Source: Thalia democratica
Lineage: Eukaryota
DNA: 64,000 nucleotides
Direction of reading: 5' to 3'
NCBI GenBank assembly: GCA_965202585.1
Contig: OZ241826.1
Location: forward strand, 62,248,001-62,312,000
Shown here: one piece after another, positions 42,001 through 56,320 of the stretch
Layout: every line of letters begins with the position of its first letter
How positions within the stretch are numbered: the first letter of the stretch is position 1
Made by a program: the position numbers and the translations under genes
The notes under the pieces: model-generated
Seen by the model: the letters and a program-made list of their open reading frames with translations, nothing else
Told to the model about the DNA's origin: nothing
Database searches by the model: none

Positions 42001-45000
42001 GTTATCGTGAGTAAAAAATAATATACAAATGCGGCTCACGAATACTTTTATTTTTGAACTTAGCATGCGACCACTAAAGCCTACGATCCTTGCAATACAA
42101 CTATAAAATTAGTACCAAAATTTACACTCAACTTATTTTTATTTACATGTGCATTTTTATTCCAAAAAAATTATCAACTTACTTGTTAGTACAAACTTTT
42201 TATGATTAAGAAGTTAGTTGCGGGCCGGATCCTACTCGCAGGCAGTATGTTGTCCACGCTTTTTATCAAACAAAATTGGTTGAATTAAAACTAAATTAAG
42301 CTGAATTTTTTTATCTAATTTTGTTTTGTTTATAGCTAGTAGAAAATTTTTCGAAATTAAACAAAAAATATATATTAAAAGTTTATTTTTGCATTTATAG
42401 TTTAGAAAGTTCTAAATTAGTTGTTTCAGAAGGTCATAGAAAAAATAAACAAAAACTTAAAAGTATGATTAAGTACCTTTAAGTCTGAGGTTTAAGAAAT
42501 AATAAAATCATTATTTTTTTTATACTAAAACTAATCCATAATAAAAAGCTACTTGTTTTTTGCACAAGTAAAACAAACTATCAGCAAACCATTTTAAAAT
42601 CTTTTTAAATTATTTTAAAAATAGAACTTGTTTCTAAGACTCTTTTTTTTTTTGATATCGAACTTTTAACTTCAAATTCATTGCTATTACAAAAAAAAAT
42701 CTTTTTTTTTTATTCTCGATTAAAGTTTCAAGATATATCTTTAGAATAATTTTAAAAGGGAACACTATAAAATTTAATAACTAATCAGTTTCAAAACTAA
42801 AACTGTGAAAAAGTATTTCATTAAATTTTTGGTACTATATTTAATTTTTAAGTTAGTTATATTCAGGGGCCATTTTAAAATTCTGTAAAACTTGGAATTT
42901 ATGTGTAGAAAAATTGTTGTTTATATGTTTTTTTTTTTAATCATATAATGTTATTCATAATTTACAAACAAAGAGTGGGGTATTTTGTAACAAATTAACT
43001 GAAAATATTTCATGATTTATAAATTTGTATTAATTTTACATTAAAAAGTATTTGTATTTCTTAATGTTTTCTACACTTAAATTTATAAACTATATCTTCA
43101 GGCATTCCAAATGCTAGGACAAAAGTGGAACTATCTTGACATTACGAACGCGATAGAATTAGCATTGTATATATTATCCCTATTGGTAACCCTTAATTTC
43201 AATGCGTTTGCAGTTGAAGAAGGATTTATGAAACTTGTGAACGAAACTGATACAAGCATGATCGATCTTGAAATTCTTAACAATCTACAATGGGATACTG
43301 GTTTAAGACAGGTCAGACTAAAAACATTTACAATTTTTTTTTTTACTGTATACAAAAACTATAAGTAAGATTGTTTTAACCAAAAACTAATCAAATACAT
43401 TTTTTTTAAGAAAGTTGCATAATCAATTAATGTACATCTTCAACATTATTTATAACTTAATAATTTACTGAAAGTTTTTCGTCTTTAAGAAATATGTATG
43501 CGTTAATTTGGATTATAAAATCAAATTTATTATAAAACTTGCAGTTTTTCTCTAGGGTTATATATAAGAAAAGAGTAGTACTTACGTTGTTAAAACCTAA
43601 AAGTTTTTTTTAAAACCTTACACCTGTTATGTATCATTTATTAAATCTTAATCGTGTGGCACTTTGAGATGAAATTTAAAAAATTTTAAATATCTCACCA
43701 AATATTATCCATTAAAAGTAGTAATAAACTGAAAAGAAACATGTCGACAGCTGATAAACACCACATAAACAATACTGATAGTAAAATCGTAACTAGGTTA
43801 CCATATTTACTTTATTAGCAACTAAAAATAATTTCACGTCATTTTAAATTTACTAGTATTTTATGTATGGGTAACTCGTTTTGTGTTTGTAAGAAAAAAA
43901 ATAAAAACCACAAAGTTTTAACGAAAACTTAATGCTTTTTTTATAATTTATTAGACTACTTAAAACGGCTGTATACTCTGTAGATTTTTAAGAATTTTAT
44001 TTCCCGAACTAGACTAGACGTATTATTTATACTTCAAACACACTTATAACTAATACTTTGGAATTTAAAAAAAACTGTTTACCTTATACTTTATAAGCAT
44101 ATTTCAATATATTATAGTTTAAATAAACTCTAAACAAAACTAACTAAAAACAGCATGGTTATTTCAAGTTAATTTATAACTGATAAGCTTAAGAAAAATA
44201 TTTATATATCATCACGATTCAAGCTAACTTTTTTATTTATTGAAATCTAATATACTAATTTAGTTAAATGCTTGACATCTATTATGACATGCTAAAAAAT
44301 TAACTCAGTTATACTAGCTCTAGCACAAAGTTATTTTATTGTTATTTAGTTTTTAAATTTAGTGTAAGATTAAACTTTTATACTTAAAGTTGCTTTTTAT
44401 AGATTTTTTTATTGCCCTATCAAAAATACAATCTAATTAGATCAGGGTCAGTAAACGAGCCAAATGCAGCCTGCAAATTAGAATTATGCGGCCAGCGGTG
44501 TAATTTTCAGCTGAAAAAACATACTTAAAAAATAACTTTGAAAGCGGGTTTTTGAGAAAAAAACTTAAAATTAAGCTTCTAATTTAAAAATTAGTGAATT
44601 TTATTGATGGATTATTATTTATTTTATCTTATTTTTGGCTTAAAATAGTATTTTTTGTTGATTAGTAAAATTATCTTAAGTACCTGCAAACCGCAAAAAA
44701 TGTTTGCTATAAAGTGCGGCCAACAAACACCTTTTTGTTTTTTTTGATTTGTCTATCACTTATAAAAGGCACAGACCCTTAAGTTAGGTAGTTTTAAAGT
44801 ATTTATCCTATTTAACTCATTTTAAAAGATAGCATAAGGTGCAAACACTTTATCTGAGCAAAACAAAGTTTTTGTTTTATACAATTATTTTTAAGCACTT
44901 TCAAAAAAGTAATAAAGATTTTGCTTGTTTATCTTAAGTATTTTTTCGTAAGTTATATATCGCTGAAGTAAAAACCATAAAGGTAGCTATTTTTTGTAAT

Positions 45001-48000
45001 TAAAGTACAACTTTAGGAATGGCAACAAGAGGTAGGAGCGTTTGCAGTTTTTCTCTCGTGGATGGTTCTTCTTCTGTTTATTCAAAAAATTCCCAGATTA
45101 GGAATCTTTGTAGTTATGTTTACTGATGTTATGTGGACTTTTGCTCAGTTTCTTTTTGTATTTATTTTTTTCATATTTGGTTTTGCATTCTCATTCACGA
45201 TTCTAATGGGGAATCAGGTTATTATGTTTTTTTATAAGTTAATTATTACTAATAAAAGTTAGTTCTAAACAGTCGTTTTAAAATTTTTATGACATCTGTA
45301 TAGAAGCAAAGATCTATCATGAAAACAAAGCTAAGTAAAAAACTGATAAAATTCTGTTGTGAGTATCGCAATTCTAAATTTATATTTATTTGTTTAGTCA
45401 ATTGTTAATTGAACTATTGAAAAAAAGTGGTCTAGCTTGAGTTTTTTTTAATTTTCATTTTTTAATCAAGCTAAGTAGTTCGGCAATCTACAAATCTTCA
45501 AAATAAAGTTTTGAAGTCCAACTTAAAGAACTTAAGTTATTTTGATAACTATACAAACTCACTAAGAACTTGCTTCGAGATAGTTAATGTAGTGAAACAC
45601 TTTGTATAAGTTATAAACTATTTAATGGAACAACTCTTGTAAATATTATAAACGTAAAATAAATTCTTTATGATCAAATATATATTTCAAATGTCTATAA
45701 CTTTTTTGTAATAAAATGTAGTTGATTTTAAAAAAATGCTTGAACATTATTGAAAGAAGTTTCCGTTTGTCTTGATTTTAATAAAACTAACTATTTTATT
45801 CGAAACAGTCTACTCATTTCAATAAAGTTTTTAAAAGCTGTTAACACATCTATAAAAATAACTTTATACTTAATTCTCAATAGTTTTTATTATTATAATA
45901 ATGTATGTTTAAATATATATACGAAACATTCATAGTTAAAGATAAAAACGTTTTTTAATTAAGTTAAAGTCATAGAAGTGTTCTTACTTTTTCATAGAGT
46001 AAAAATATTGTATTAAGCTTACAAGATTTCTTAAAAAGTTGCATAGAAAGATATTAAACAAGGTACTAAAATCTTAATCAATTTGTTTAATTTTAAGGTT
46101 TTATAAAGAGAATACAAATACAAGTATTTATCACAAAAACACTCAATTTTTTGTATTTGTTTTATAATAATTTACAGTTATTTTCATAGTGTTATTAAAG
46201 GCATAATATTAACAGTTGGTATTCACGAATTGGTACGAGTCACTTATAACAGTTACTGTGATGACCATTGGAGAACTTGATTATGGATCAAAATTTTTTG
46301 AGTCAGATAATTATTTTCAAGTGGTTGGTTTAAGATTTTTAAATTAAGTTTTATTGCTTAAACTCCGATAATTTTTTTAACTATTTTTCTAACACAAGCG
46401 GTTTGTAGAAGCAAATAATTAATTATGAAAATATATAGCAATAAAAAAAAAGAAAGTTATTTTAAAATCAAGTTTTAATTTTCAAAGACTCTTGCGTATA
46501 CTTACTTCATAATACACAAAAAATTAAAGAAAGTTGCTCAAAAAAAAGTATAATATGAATTCTATTTATTACTTAACAAAAACAGCCGTAAATGTCTCAC
46601 AATACTTTTTTTAATCGTAGGTAGTTTTTTTCTTAAGTGGAATTTGAAGCTTGTCTTTTTTTTTTTACGTAAAGTTTTTCAAACAAACGTATGAAAAGGA
46701 TAAATAAACTGGTTGTATGACAGTTCAAATTCTATCAATTCTGAGTTATTGTCAATTGTTTTATTTATCAAAAACAATTAACCATCCTAGTAAGACTAAT
46801 TAGACCTACATGATCATACCTTTTTAAAGTTTTAGACATTTTTTAAAAAATTGATAAATATATTTTGAAACTTATTAGAATGTTGTAGTTTTTTGTACTT
46901 TTATGTAATCTCAAATTTTATGACTTTATAAAACATTTGTACAGTTTTTTTACCTTCATATTATAAAAATTAGACCTACATGAGCATTTTTTATTTTTTC
47001 AAATACATTTTTTTGAGGTGTGGCCCTTTAAATTTTATAAGACAATTGTCAGAATTTGAATAGTCATATAACTATATAAACTCATATTTTTAAGTTTTGC
47101 TATCCTACTGAAAACCTTAAACTATAGCTTCAACAACTCTTTCTTTTAACTTTTATTTATACTCTTATCTTAAAAAATTATAATTAGTTGATGTGTTTAT
47201 AATTCAATAAAAAATATTGGTGACCTTTAGTTTTTTTTTTGCAGTTGTACAGCAAACAATGCAGTTTTGTCCTTTTTAGTATTTTTCTCATCATGATGAC
47301 AATCATTATTATGAATCTGTTGGTTAGTTTCACATTGTAGTAAAAATTTAATTATTTTTTATTATACAATAAAACTTTAAAGGTTGGTTTAGCTGTCGGT
47401 GACATTATTCAAGTTCAAGAACATGCTACTCTAGAAAGACTTTCCATGCAGGTATATTAAATTGTTGAGATTTTTATTACTAAATATTAAATTAAGATTA
47501 ATTTTATAACTAACTCTCGTGACGGTTTTTTTTTCATAGTTTATACAAAAATTCTTATCCTGAAAATTTCTTTATTTACAAAAAAAAACAAGTGAAAAAA
47601 ACCAAGAGGAAGTATAAAATTATTAGTTTAATTTATTTTTAATATACAGACAGAAAAAATGGTTAAAGAGTCTCTTAGTTTAAAGTTTTTTAGTATTGTC
47701 TATACATAGATAGTGTTAATATTATTATCTGTCATTAGTTTTATAAGAAAATGTTTTATTTTATTAAACTAAGTATAATGTACTTTTTTACTTAACACTT
47801 ACTTATGTATATATGTTCCACTATTTTTTTAGATATATAATTTTAAACAATATACCAAATTCCTTGTATAGCCTATTTGTTTTTCTAAAAACATACGTTT
47901 CAAATACTAAGCATAAGTTAGCTTTATTTGAAACGACACCCAGACTCTTATATTTTAGCTTTTAAGCTATGCTATAAAGTATAAACATCATAACTAAAAA

Positions 48001-51000
48001 GTTAACTTGATTTTTTTTAAATATGTTGTTATTTAAAAATTAAAGTTTTATATATTTTATTCTACGACAAGAAAATCTAATAATCTTAAAGTCTATTTTT
48101 GCTTCTAGTATTTCATAAAGTTTTGAGCAAAAACTTCATACGGTTTTTTTGTTCATTAACGTCATTAATTATATTATAATTTCCAGAAAAACCGGAAAAT
48201 ATGTAAAAACAAAAGACAATAACCGAATATATTATGTAAAGTAACAATAAAAAAAAAACACTTCGTAATACTTTTAAAATCCATATTACTATACAAAAAC
48301 GATATAAAATGAAAAAAAATTAATAAAATATTTTTTCTGATTATAATTTATGTATAAGTATATACTATTTTGGGAGAACGTTGTTACGAGAGTAACTTAT
48401 AGTTTTTGTAGACTTTTAAATAGTATTTAAGCACACATGTTTTTTATCGAGAATTAATTGTAATTGTTAAATGTAGTAATACTTTAAGCATGTTTAAATA
48501 CAACATAATTGTCATCAATTAAACAGTTTGAAAAAAATAAAGTTTAATACGAAACATGTAAACAATTTTCAGGTGGATTCTTCGCTAGAAGTTGAATTTG
48601 GAATTCCAGCGTTCATGAGAAAATCAGTTTCTTTAAGGAAACAAAAAATATATGTAAATAAGTACAAAAGATCAAACTTTGTTACAAAAATGTTTCGGGA
48701 AGACGGAGAAATGACTTTTGAAATGTTGAGCAAAGCAGTTGCCTCTGATGACTCGGTAATATTAAAACGTGTAAATATATCAAAAACGAAACATTTCGTC
48801 AAATATCTTGATCTTTGTATGACTAAAACTATTTTGATATAAGCCTTTATTTTTTATGTTTTACTACATAAGTTGTCAAGTACATACTTTTGTTATATAA
48901 AAATTAAGTTAAAACAACAAGTTGTTATACAAATAGGTATATAAAAAGTAGTTATCTTTATCTTTTACAGTATGAAATTCTTCAAACTAGTTGAAATAAC
49001 TAGCCTTAAGTTCAAAGAAAAGTTTTTTTTTTTCATATAAAAATAATTTTATAAATGAAGGCATTATAAAAAAAATACTACATAACTTATTAGATCAAAA
49101 TAACTTACTTATTTTATTGCCCTGGAGTTTAGGTAAAGTTAATTTTATAAGTCTTGTTTTATATTAATGAATTAATGAAATTATTCTTTCAAGTAAAATA
49201 GTAAAAAAAAGTATTAAAGAAAGTGTAAAATAAATTCTTGAAAGAAAAAATTCATTATTTTTCCTCCAGTAGTTGAAATCTCTCTATTTGTTTTCTTAAA
49301 ACCAAAACATATAGATAATACTAATGAATTAATGATGAGTTAAAAACTAAAATCGTTTTCGTATAATTCTACCCTGTTAAAAAAAAGTATATATATTTTC
49401 TCATAACTAGAGTTTTTTTGACGTTTTTTCGTTTATTACTTTCAATAGAATTTTTTAATTTAAAGATTTATAAGATATTTTTTAATTTTTAATAGGTAGT
49501 AAAATATAAATCAAATAAACTTTACTTACTTAAAGTATAAATAAACGAATTACAAAACGAACTCTTTTTATAAGAAATTACTAAATTAAGGTTACTTACA
49601 GTTTATTTTTATTGTTGTCTTTAAGACAGGTATGGCACGTAAAATTATATAGTTTGAATTTCTTTAAGAACTAAAGGTTTTTTTGTTATCATTTTTTTGC
49701 TAATTATAGTAAGTTATAATTTTGAAAGGATAAACCAACGGCATTATTTTAATTCATTTTTTTAAACAAGCTCAAGAAATTAAACTTTTCAGAGAACAAA
49801 TCTTGATTGTAACGACTTTAATAGGATGATACTTTTAAAATACTTTCAATTATAAACATATATGCATTTAAAAAACTAGCAAGTTACAAAACAAAAACGT
49901 AAATCTTAACTATTTTTTAAGTAAAAATGAATTATTAACTTTCGAGAAAATTTTAGATAAAGTACTAGTATTTTAAGTTTATACTTTTTTTTTTGAAAAA
50001 AGAATAAATTAAGTAACTAACCTTTTAATAGTTACTGAAAACTAATTATTATATTCTTAGAATATTTCTATTTAAAAAAATCTATATTTTAAATAATAGT
50101 AATAATATGTACATATAAGGTAAGACATTATTAACTATGCTAAGTATAAACCAAAATAAAGTTAGTGTCGCTGTTCAAGTATTCTTTATAATATTTTTTT
50201 ATGAAATATTTTTATAAGTTTTATATGTTTTGATTTATTAAAAAAAAATACAAAGGTCTCTACTTCTAGAGGAGAATTGATACAGTTTATTCTTTCAAGA
50301 ACTACTTAGTAAACTAAGTTTAGGTCAAAGCATCGTCAGTACTTATATAAAAAATCTAGAAAATAATGTATTATTTTATATAAGTACTAACGAGGTCTTT
50401 GACAAAAATTTAGTTTACTAATTAAAGTCTTGAAAGTACAAACTATATTTTTATAAGTAGTAGAGTCATAGCTTTTTTATAAGTCGATAAAAACAGACGG
50501 AAAGAGATGAAACAATTTCAACAACCGACAAAATTTTAACAAACATAAATGCTTTAAAAAGTAGAATAGCTGATCTTATGACTGATCAAGTAGAAATGAA
50601 AGTAGGATTGAGAGGAGTCAGAGGTCTTATTAGAGATGTAAGACGAGAAGCTCAAAACCATGTCAATGTTAGTTATTTATCATTTCCTGATTACAATTTT
50701 TCGTTGAAGGAATTTAAATTTGTTTTGTTTTTCATTATTTTTTATTATTTTTACAAAGTTGTAAAAACTATATTATATGATATAAAATAAGAGTAAGTAA
50801 TTGACATTTGTAGTTCGAAATATGGTAGTTCGAAATTTGTATGAACGAGACTGGTCAAAATAATTAGCGCCTTCTTTATATTAAAACTATAATCTGAAAA
50901 TTTTCCTGACTTTGAGTCTAACGGAATTTGATTTAACTTTTCTGTAGTTTTTATACAATTTTTAAAACACTAACTAGTTTGAAAATTGATTAAAAATATT

Positions 51001-54000
51001 TTCAAATTTTTTCTCAGAAAATTTTAGAACTATTTTATATTTAATGTTTTTTTGTGTTAGTTTAAAGCAGTTGAAAGTATAAATTTGTTTTTAGATTGTA
51101 AGAATCAGATTAAAGAAAAACAGTTCATAGACAAATTTTATAACATTGTGAATTTAGTTTAAGTAAACATTTATATGTCTAAAAGCTAAAGTCATTACAT
51201 CCAAGTTATTAATACTTTTAACTTAAGTGTAGTAAGTAGTAGTAACACTAGTAACTTAAGTGTTTTAGTTTAAGTGAATATACAATCATTTTTTACGAGA
51301 AAAGGTATAAGTTTTAAAATTTTACAATATGACGACTTTTATCTAGGATTAGTAAATTTAAAGAAAAAATGTAAGTTTAGATTGTTTATTGATAGCTTTT
51401 TGAATCAGAAATCTTACTTGTACTAATAGATTAACTTGTGCTTTATAACTAACTTTTTAGTCTTAAATTTTAAACACAAAAAACATGTGATAAGACGCAG
51501 CACAAGAATTTTGAAAACAGGAACGGGTCACAAAGTAACTTTTAACGGAGCTTAAACTGTTCTCCTTAATAACTTTTATAATTTTATTTTATTTAAAACG
51601 TTTTTTTTTATATAAAAAATATATAGTTTGCTTGTTCGTTTTAAATTAGATCTTTTTGATTTAAAAAGTTTCAGTACGTGCAAAATTGACGCTCCGTGCA
51701 CTTCTGACACCTACTCATATAAAATATGGTCAAAAACGTGAAAATTAGAAATAAAGTCTTTATGTAAATACAGAGTTAAATAAACTAATTTAATAAATAA
51801 AATTTAAATATTCAGCATATATGTATGTTTCTATATACAAAATGTTTTATTAATGTATATCTTGTTTTACTTTATCTTTAAAGTATAGACTACAATAAAC
51901 CAAATTAAACACATAAGCATTATAAAAATACTGATATTTTTTAATTTTTACTAGGCGGCTTCAAATTTATCTGTTTAATTCTTCGAAGTTTTAATAGCAA
52001 AAGGCTAAAAGGGAGTTTGAGTTAACATACACTACATGTTGTATCTAAATAATCTGTCTGATAGTATCTGAGTTTTTATAAGCAGTTGACAGTAAAAACT
52101 TAAATTTTTTGTTTAGTTTTATAAATTAAAACTTAATTTTAAAGTAAAAAAACTAACTTTTAAAATCTCAAAATACTAATAGGTTTAACTAGGTACTTAG
52201 TTTTACAGTATTTTGTATTTATTTTTATTTGTTTTATTACCGTTTTCACTTGTTCATCCTCATAACGACGGTTCATAACTGTTTATATAATTAAGCAACC
52301 TTGATTGGAAAACTTATAAATGGCATTATAACATCAATAAAACTTAAGTCTTAGTTGTTTTAAAAGTGAAATAAAACCAAAGTATTAAAATTATAGAATA
52401 GTACTTACATGCTAAGTAACTTGTTTAGGTCTTATTATCTTTTTTATCGGAGTCTAGATGGTTCACAGCGATTTAATTCAAACTTTTACCTGACTCTTTT
52501 AAAGTTAATTCTTGTACTTTCTTATAAAGTTTTAGAACTAAGTTATAACATAATAACTAAAGCTTGGTACCAACTACTTTGGTAACTAAACGGACTTAAT
52601 ATTAAAGAATAAATAAAGTACATGCTTTACAAAGACCTGCCAAAACGAAACTTTAAAAACACCTTTTTTGGTACTAAGAAACCATCTATTTATTTGTTAA
52701 TGTATGTCGTAAGGACCAATGTTGTAACAAATTATTTTGTATAAAATTAGTTATTTGCTCGTTTAAAACTTTTTTATAACTTATAAACTAAATTTAAGTA
52801 TATAGAAATAATACCATAATTTTATACTACTTATTTTTCCATCATTTTTAAGATCGGTAGTGTTGTTACATTTTTTAAATTAAAAAAAGGCATATGTAGT
52901 TGATACACTACAAATAAATTATTTTTTATCAATAATCGACAAAAAATTAGAATAACATAAAACAACTGACTACATATAAAGCTATGTGTTTTTTTATTTT
53001 AACAAATGCCCCAATTAGAAATAATTAAAAGATTACAAAACTAAAATAACAGTTAATTAACAAACTTTTTAAACCACAACAAATAGTTTATTAAACATGT
53101 TCTTAAATTTATGTTCTTTTAAAATTTAAAGTGAAATAATGTACTTTATTTCAATGACCGAAAGGTCTGTCTATACTTCAAGTCCCTCCACCATGTTTTT
53201 AAGCGTCAATTGCAATGTTGTTTTCAGAAAAAACTATTATTCTAAAAAATACCTAAAGTAGTCGTTTTAGTAGAATACTTAACTTTTAAAAGTTTTATAA
53301 AAAAAGATTATTTAGAATTAAATCATAAGCTTGTCATAAAATCTTGAGTATACAGGAGTTGAAGTTAGACCTAACATCTACTGGGTCTAATCTAAATGAG
53401 AGGATAGATAAAACGAGATTAGGGTTAGTCGAAAAGACTGTAGAGGAATCGAATACGACTAGAGGACGAGTTGATATAACAAAGGAACTTGTAGACTCTC
53501 TTAGAAATGATGTCGATTCAACAAAACAACAGATCGAAAAAGTTTTTTTTGTTGTTTTTAGATTCGATGTATAATTTTAAATGTATAAATTTAGTAAAAC
53601 CATATCAAAATTTTTATTATCTATAACATACTTGTAATTTATTAGAATACATTAATTGTGCCATTGTTTCCCAAAATGTGAACCTAAGTAAAGTATGCAC
53701 ATTGCACATGCGTATAAACACTTTTTTTGGAATAAAAAAAAAGTTGAGAATAAAATATAAACAAAAAAGGTCGTTAACTATTGTATCAGTTATGAGTTTT
53801 TACTCTATCTTTGGTTTATTCTTAATTAACTAAAGCACATTTTTATTTCATAAATATGATCTAATACTAGTTTACAAAGATGTTTCTTTAATGATATACT
53901 GTACATAGATTTATAGTTATTAAGAATCACTGGTATATACAACTTTGCCTAAAATTTGTGCAAAGTTCAAATTTAGTTTTTCTTTCAGATTCGAGAAATT

Positions 54001-54168
54001 TTTGAATACCAGATGGAGCGTATAGTTACATCACAATGGCTTGAAATGGAGGAAAAAATCAAAACAAGTTTAGAAAAAAAAGTAGAAGAAAGTCAGAAAA
54101 AAGTTTTAGAAAGTTTAGAAGAAATGAAACTTGTGCTTGTTAAGGAAAAATTTATGACTAATGTTTAA
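15060..54168 (+). CDS. TRPA1: TRPA1-like ankyrin-repeat transient receptor potential cation channel, 28 coding exons, ~1423 aa
   Basis: Hand-spliced exons, all GT-AG and phase-consistent: 15060-15260, 18787-18958, 19189-19280, 23313-23498, 24210-24368, 25785-25962, 28285-28404, 29548-29749, 30865-31048, 31541-31648, 32709-32911, 33523-33667, 33910-34123, 34767-34882, 37378-37533, 37684-37776, 38246-38453, 38802-38817, 40605-40740, 43102-43311, 45017-45217, 46216-46320 (or 46323), 47245-47322, 47383-47451, 48573-48755, 50497-50667, 53356-53541, 53989-54168. Contains 17 TPLH-type ankyrin repeats, TPMRKMI, HPLAIMV, HPIVTGLLNYKW, pore TIGELDY and the TRPA hallmark MNLLVGLAVGDIIQVQEHATLERLSMQV. 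Exact orthology among cnidarian TRPA paralogs is not established. Confidence 0.93.
22138..22265. repeat. Foldback inverted repeat (probable MITE) with perfect 35-bp inner arms
   Basis: 22165-22199 is the exact reverse complement of 22204-22238 around a 4-nt loop ATGC; outer arms match at about 21 of 28 positions. Confidence 0.9.
25227..25480. mobile_element. MITE with long TIRs and TA-type ends (Tc1/mariner-like)
   Basis: TTTATTCTTTCAAGACTTTGTTATGCAAACTAAGTT vs AACTTAGTTTGCATAATAAAGTCTTGAAAGAATAAA, with further inverted similarity inside. Confidence 0.75.
26294..26772. mobile_element. MULE/Mutator-like MITE
   Basis: Long imperfect TIRs with TTTTGCAC repeats; exact 10-bp flanking direct repeat TACGTATATA at 26284-26293 and 26773-26782. 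9-10-bp TSDs are typical of MULEs. Confidence 0.75.
33187..33305 (+). repeat. Short interspersed repeat, copy 2 (see 7507-7625)
   Basis: Same conserved blocks as 7507-7625; lies in intron 11 of the TRPA1-like gene. Confidence 0.75.
36060..36560 (+). mobile_element. Degenerate CR1-type LINE 3' fragment
   Basis: Broken translation LYILYISSKLEL, IQQKLTRLI, Y*ERLTELVLKSLGYRR matches the CR1 ORF2 C-terminal pattern (LY..Y.R.KLEY; VQRRATRLI; YEERL..L.L.SL..RR). Confidence 0.75.
41778..42092. mobile_element. hAT (Charlie-like) MITE
   Basis: Begins CAGGGGTC, ends GATCCTTG; GCGGCCCGCG/GCGGCTCAC subterminal motifs; near-perfect 8-bp TSD CAATATAA/CAATACAA. Confidence 0.75.
44443..44780. mobile_element. 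Older hAT-like MITE
   Basis: CAGGGTCAGTAAAC start, CAGACCCTT end, internal GCGGCC motifs; TSD not clean. Confidence 0.45.
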
Positions 54169-55280
54169 GAATATATATTCTAAGAATCTATGTTCATTTT
54201 AAATAATACATATAATTACATAATAATTTATTTACTAGAAAACTGCAAAAAAATCACAACGACCAAGTTACTCTTACAGTTATATAATCATCACTCTAAA
54301 TTTACACCAAATTTCTTTCAAATATATAATGAATACTATATGAAAACATGTAGTGTAGATGTAAAATTATTTACTTATTATTAAAAATTTACATTTTAAG
54401 CATTTAGTAAAATTAAGACAAGTTTACGACCTCATTTGTTATTTATACGTGTCTGTAGTTTTCTTTAGTCAAATATACTTCAAAGTACTTATATAAAATA
54501 ATTTTAGCAAAGAAATAATTGTTAGCTTTTTACATATAAATCGCAATTATAAGTTTTTTTTTTCTTTGCTACTTTTCAAAAGCTTTTCTTGCTCGAATTT
54601 TACTTCATGTGTTTTTTAGTAGTACTTAAAAGCTTAAATTCTATTTTTACACTAAATCAACATAACTATAAAAGTGATTGTGTAATTGTTATGACGTTTT
54701 TTAATTAAGTAACTACGGTAAAAAAGATTATCTGACACACTTTTTATCCACATATTCACTAGCTTTTATTTATGTTTTTTTTTAAGTATTTATTTAAAAC
54801 TTAGTTGTTTATCTGTCAAAATTTAATTGAGACGTTTAAAAAGTTTCAAAAATTAGAATACATATTCTATATATTATTTTTAGCTTTTTATTATATTTTA
54901 AAGATTTTTTTTTTACTTTCATGATAACTTATGTAAAACTTTATACAAACAGTGTATAAAATTTTGCATCACGACATTTTTGTTAATAATTAGAAATAAA
55001 ACGTAAAATGTGCTTTAAAAATTTATATTAAAAATAAGATGTCAGACTAACGATTTCTACTAGTGCATACAGAGAATGCTTAATTTTTTTTATTATTTGC
55101 TCTTGATCTTTTTTATTTTACAGGAAAAAGTTTATTAAAAAAATATAACAAGTTTTTATCATCAGACCAAAAGAGTTAAAAAGAAAAAACTCACAGCTAA
55201 AAAATGATGAACAATGACGTATAAGCTATATAGTTTGATTGCAACACGAGCGAAATATAAAGTATATTAGTACATACTTT

Positions 55281-55836
55281 TGTCGCTAACCGAGGCTTCT
55301 ACTTATACACTTTAGGGGCCTGTTTTATAACGAAACGTGCGCTCTAACTTGTATAATAGAAGTCCCCAAGATAACGCTTATATTATAGTTGACTTAAATC
55401 AACTAATATGAATTACTTACTATTTACTAAAGGTTTAATAAATCAGTTACTTATACTAATTTAAACTGAGTTCGAATCTGTGATCATGATTATATTTACA
55501 ATGAATTTGCGAAACGAAAAGATGATAAAATACTGCACAACATTACACTAATAAACCAAATTATCAATTTCTTTTGAAAGACGACAATCTCGAATAAAAG
55601 AAACTAAACACTAAATGTTTAAACCAAACTCAAAAAGTATTCTAAAATCGAAATCAATTCGACAACAAGATTGAAACCATTAAAACTTAAGTGCAGCGAA
55701 AAGCTGCACTGAGTTCAGACCGCTGCAAGGCAGTAGAAACTAAAAGAACTCTAAATTACTCGAGATTGTTGAATTTATACTCGCTTGAGAAAAAAGAAGA
55801 AAGTAAAAAAGAGATAATTACTGCGTAAGCGGTACA
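55281..55836 (-). repeat. 3' LTR of element B
   Basis: Direct repeat of 57818-58503; adjacent PPT GGTGAGAGGAGAAAA (plus 55837-55851). Confidence 0.9.
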
Positions 55837-56137
55837 TTTTCTCCTCTCACCTTCGTACTTTAAGAATTTATTCTTGGTTTTCCGAAAAAAAACATTAATT
55901 TTTATTCATTAACACTTGTAAGAATGCTTAAAACTTCCTATATAGAAAAATTAACGAAAAACGACCGCCGACTTTTATCTCCTTAGTTTAAAAAGCATTA
56001 ATTTAAAATACACAAAATTAATAAAAGTATGATAGTGTTTTCAAATTGACAGACAAATGTAGAAAGTTTAAAAAATTTCTTCGCCGCTGGAACTCGCTCC
56101 CTTGTACATCTCCACGTCGTTTGACCGGTTCATGCTG

Positions 56138-56320
56138 ATCCGTCTCCTCGCCTCACCTAACGGTCTGTTGGCGCTACGGATTCCGTCTCCTCGCCTCACC
56201 TTAGCGGTCTGTTGGCGCTACGGAATCCGTCTCCTTGCCTCACCTAAACGGTCTGTTGGCGCTACGGAATCCGTCTCCTTGCCTCACCCAGCGGTCTGTT
56301 GGCGCTACGGATTCCTCTGA
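56138..56320. repeat. Tandem array, four ~43-44-bp GC-rich units
   Basis: Unit ATCCGTCTCCTYGCCTCACCTAACGGTCTGTTGGCGCTACGG with small indels, followed by a partial fifth copy. Confidence 0.9.

Larger units (their letters stand above)
38246..47451 (+). other. Transmembrane, pore and TRP-like region of the TRPA1-like gene (exons 17-24)
   Basis: Hydrophobic helices YVYYLSLLFYTTFVVLLNVYMM, IVILVFTVINLLRE, IELALYILSLLV, VGAFAVFLSWMVLLLFI, FAQFLFVFIFFIFGFAFSFTILM and FVLFSIFLIMMTIIIMNLLVGLAVGDI. Confidence 0.9.

Noticed and set aside
7435-54384. Remaining short intronic or intergenic ORFs (7435, 22545, 35161, 39046, 39610, 45750, 54190 and antisense ORFs at 15045, 43131, 48569)
   Set aside because: AT-rich chance ORFs with F/L/I/K/Y-biased composition, or antisense shadows of real exons.
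56138-56320. CRISPR-like array
   Set aside because: Eukaryotic context, contiguous units without unique spacers and no cas genes; it is a VNTR.
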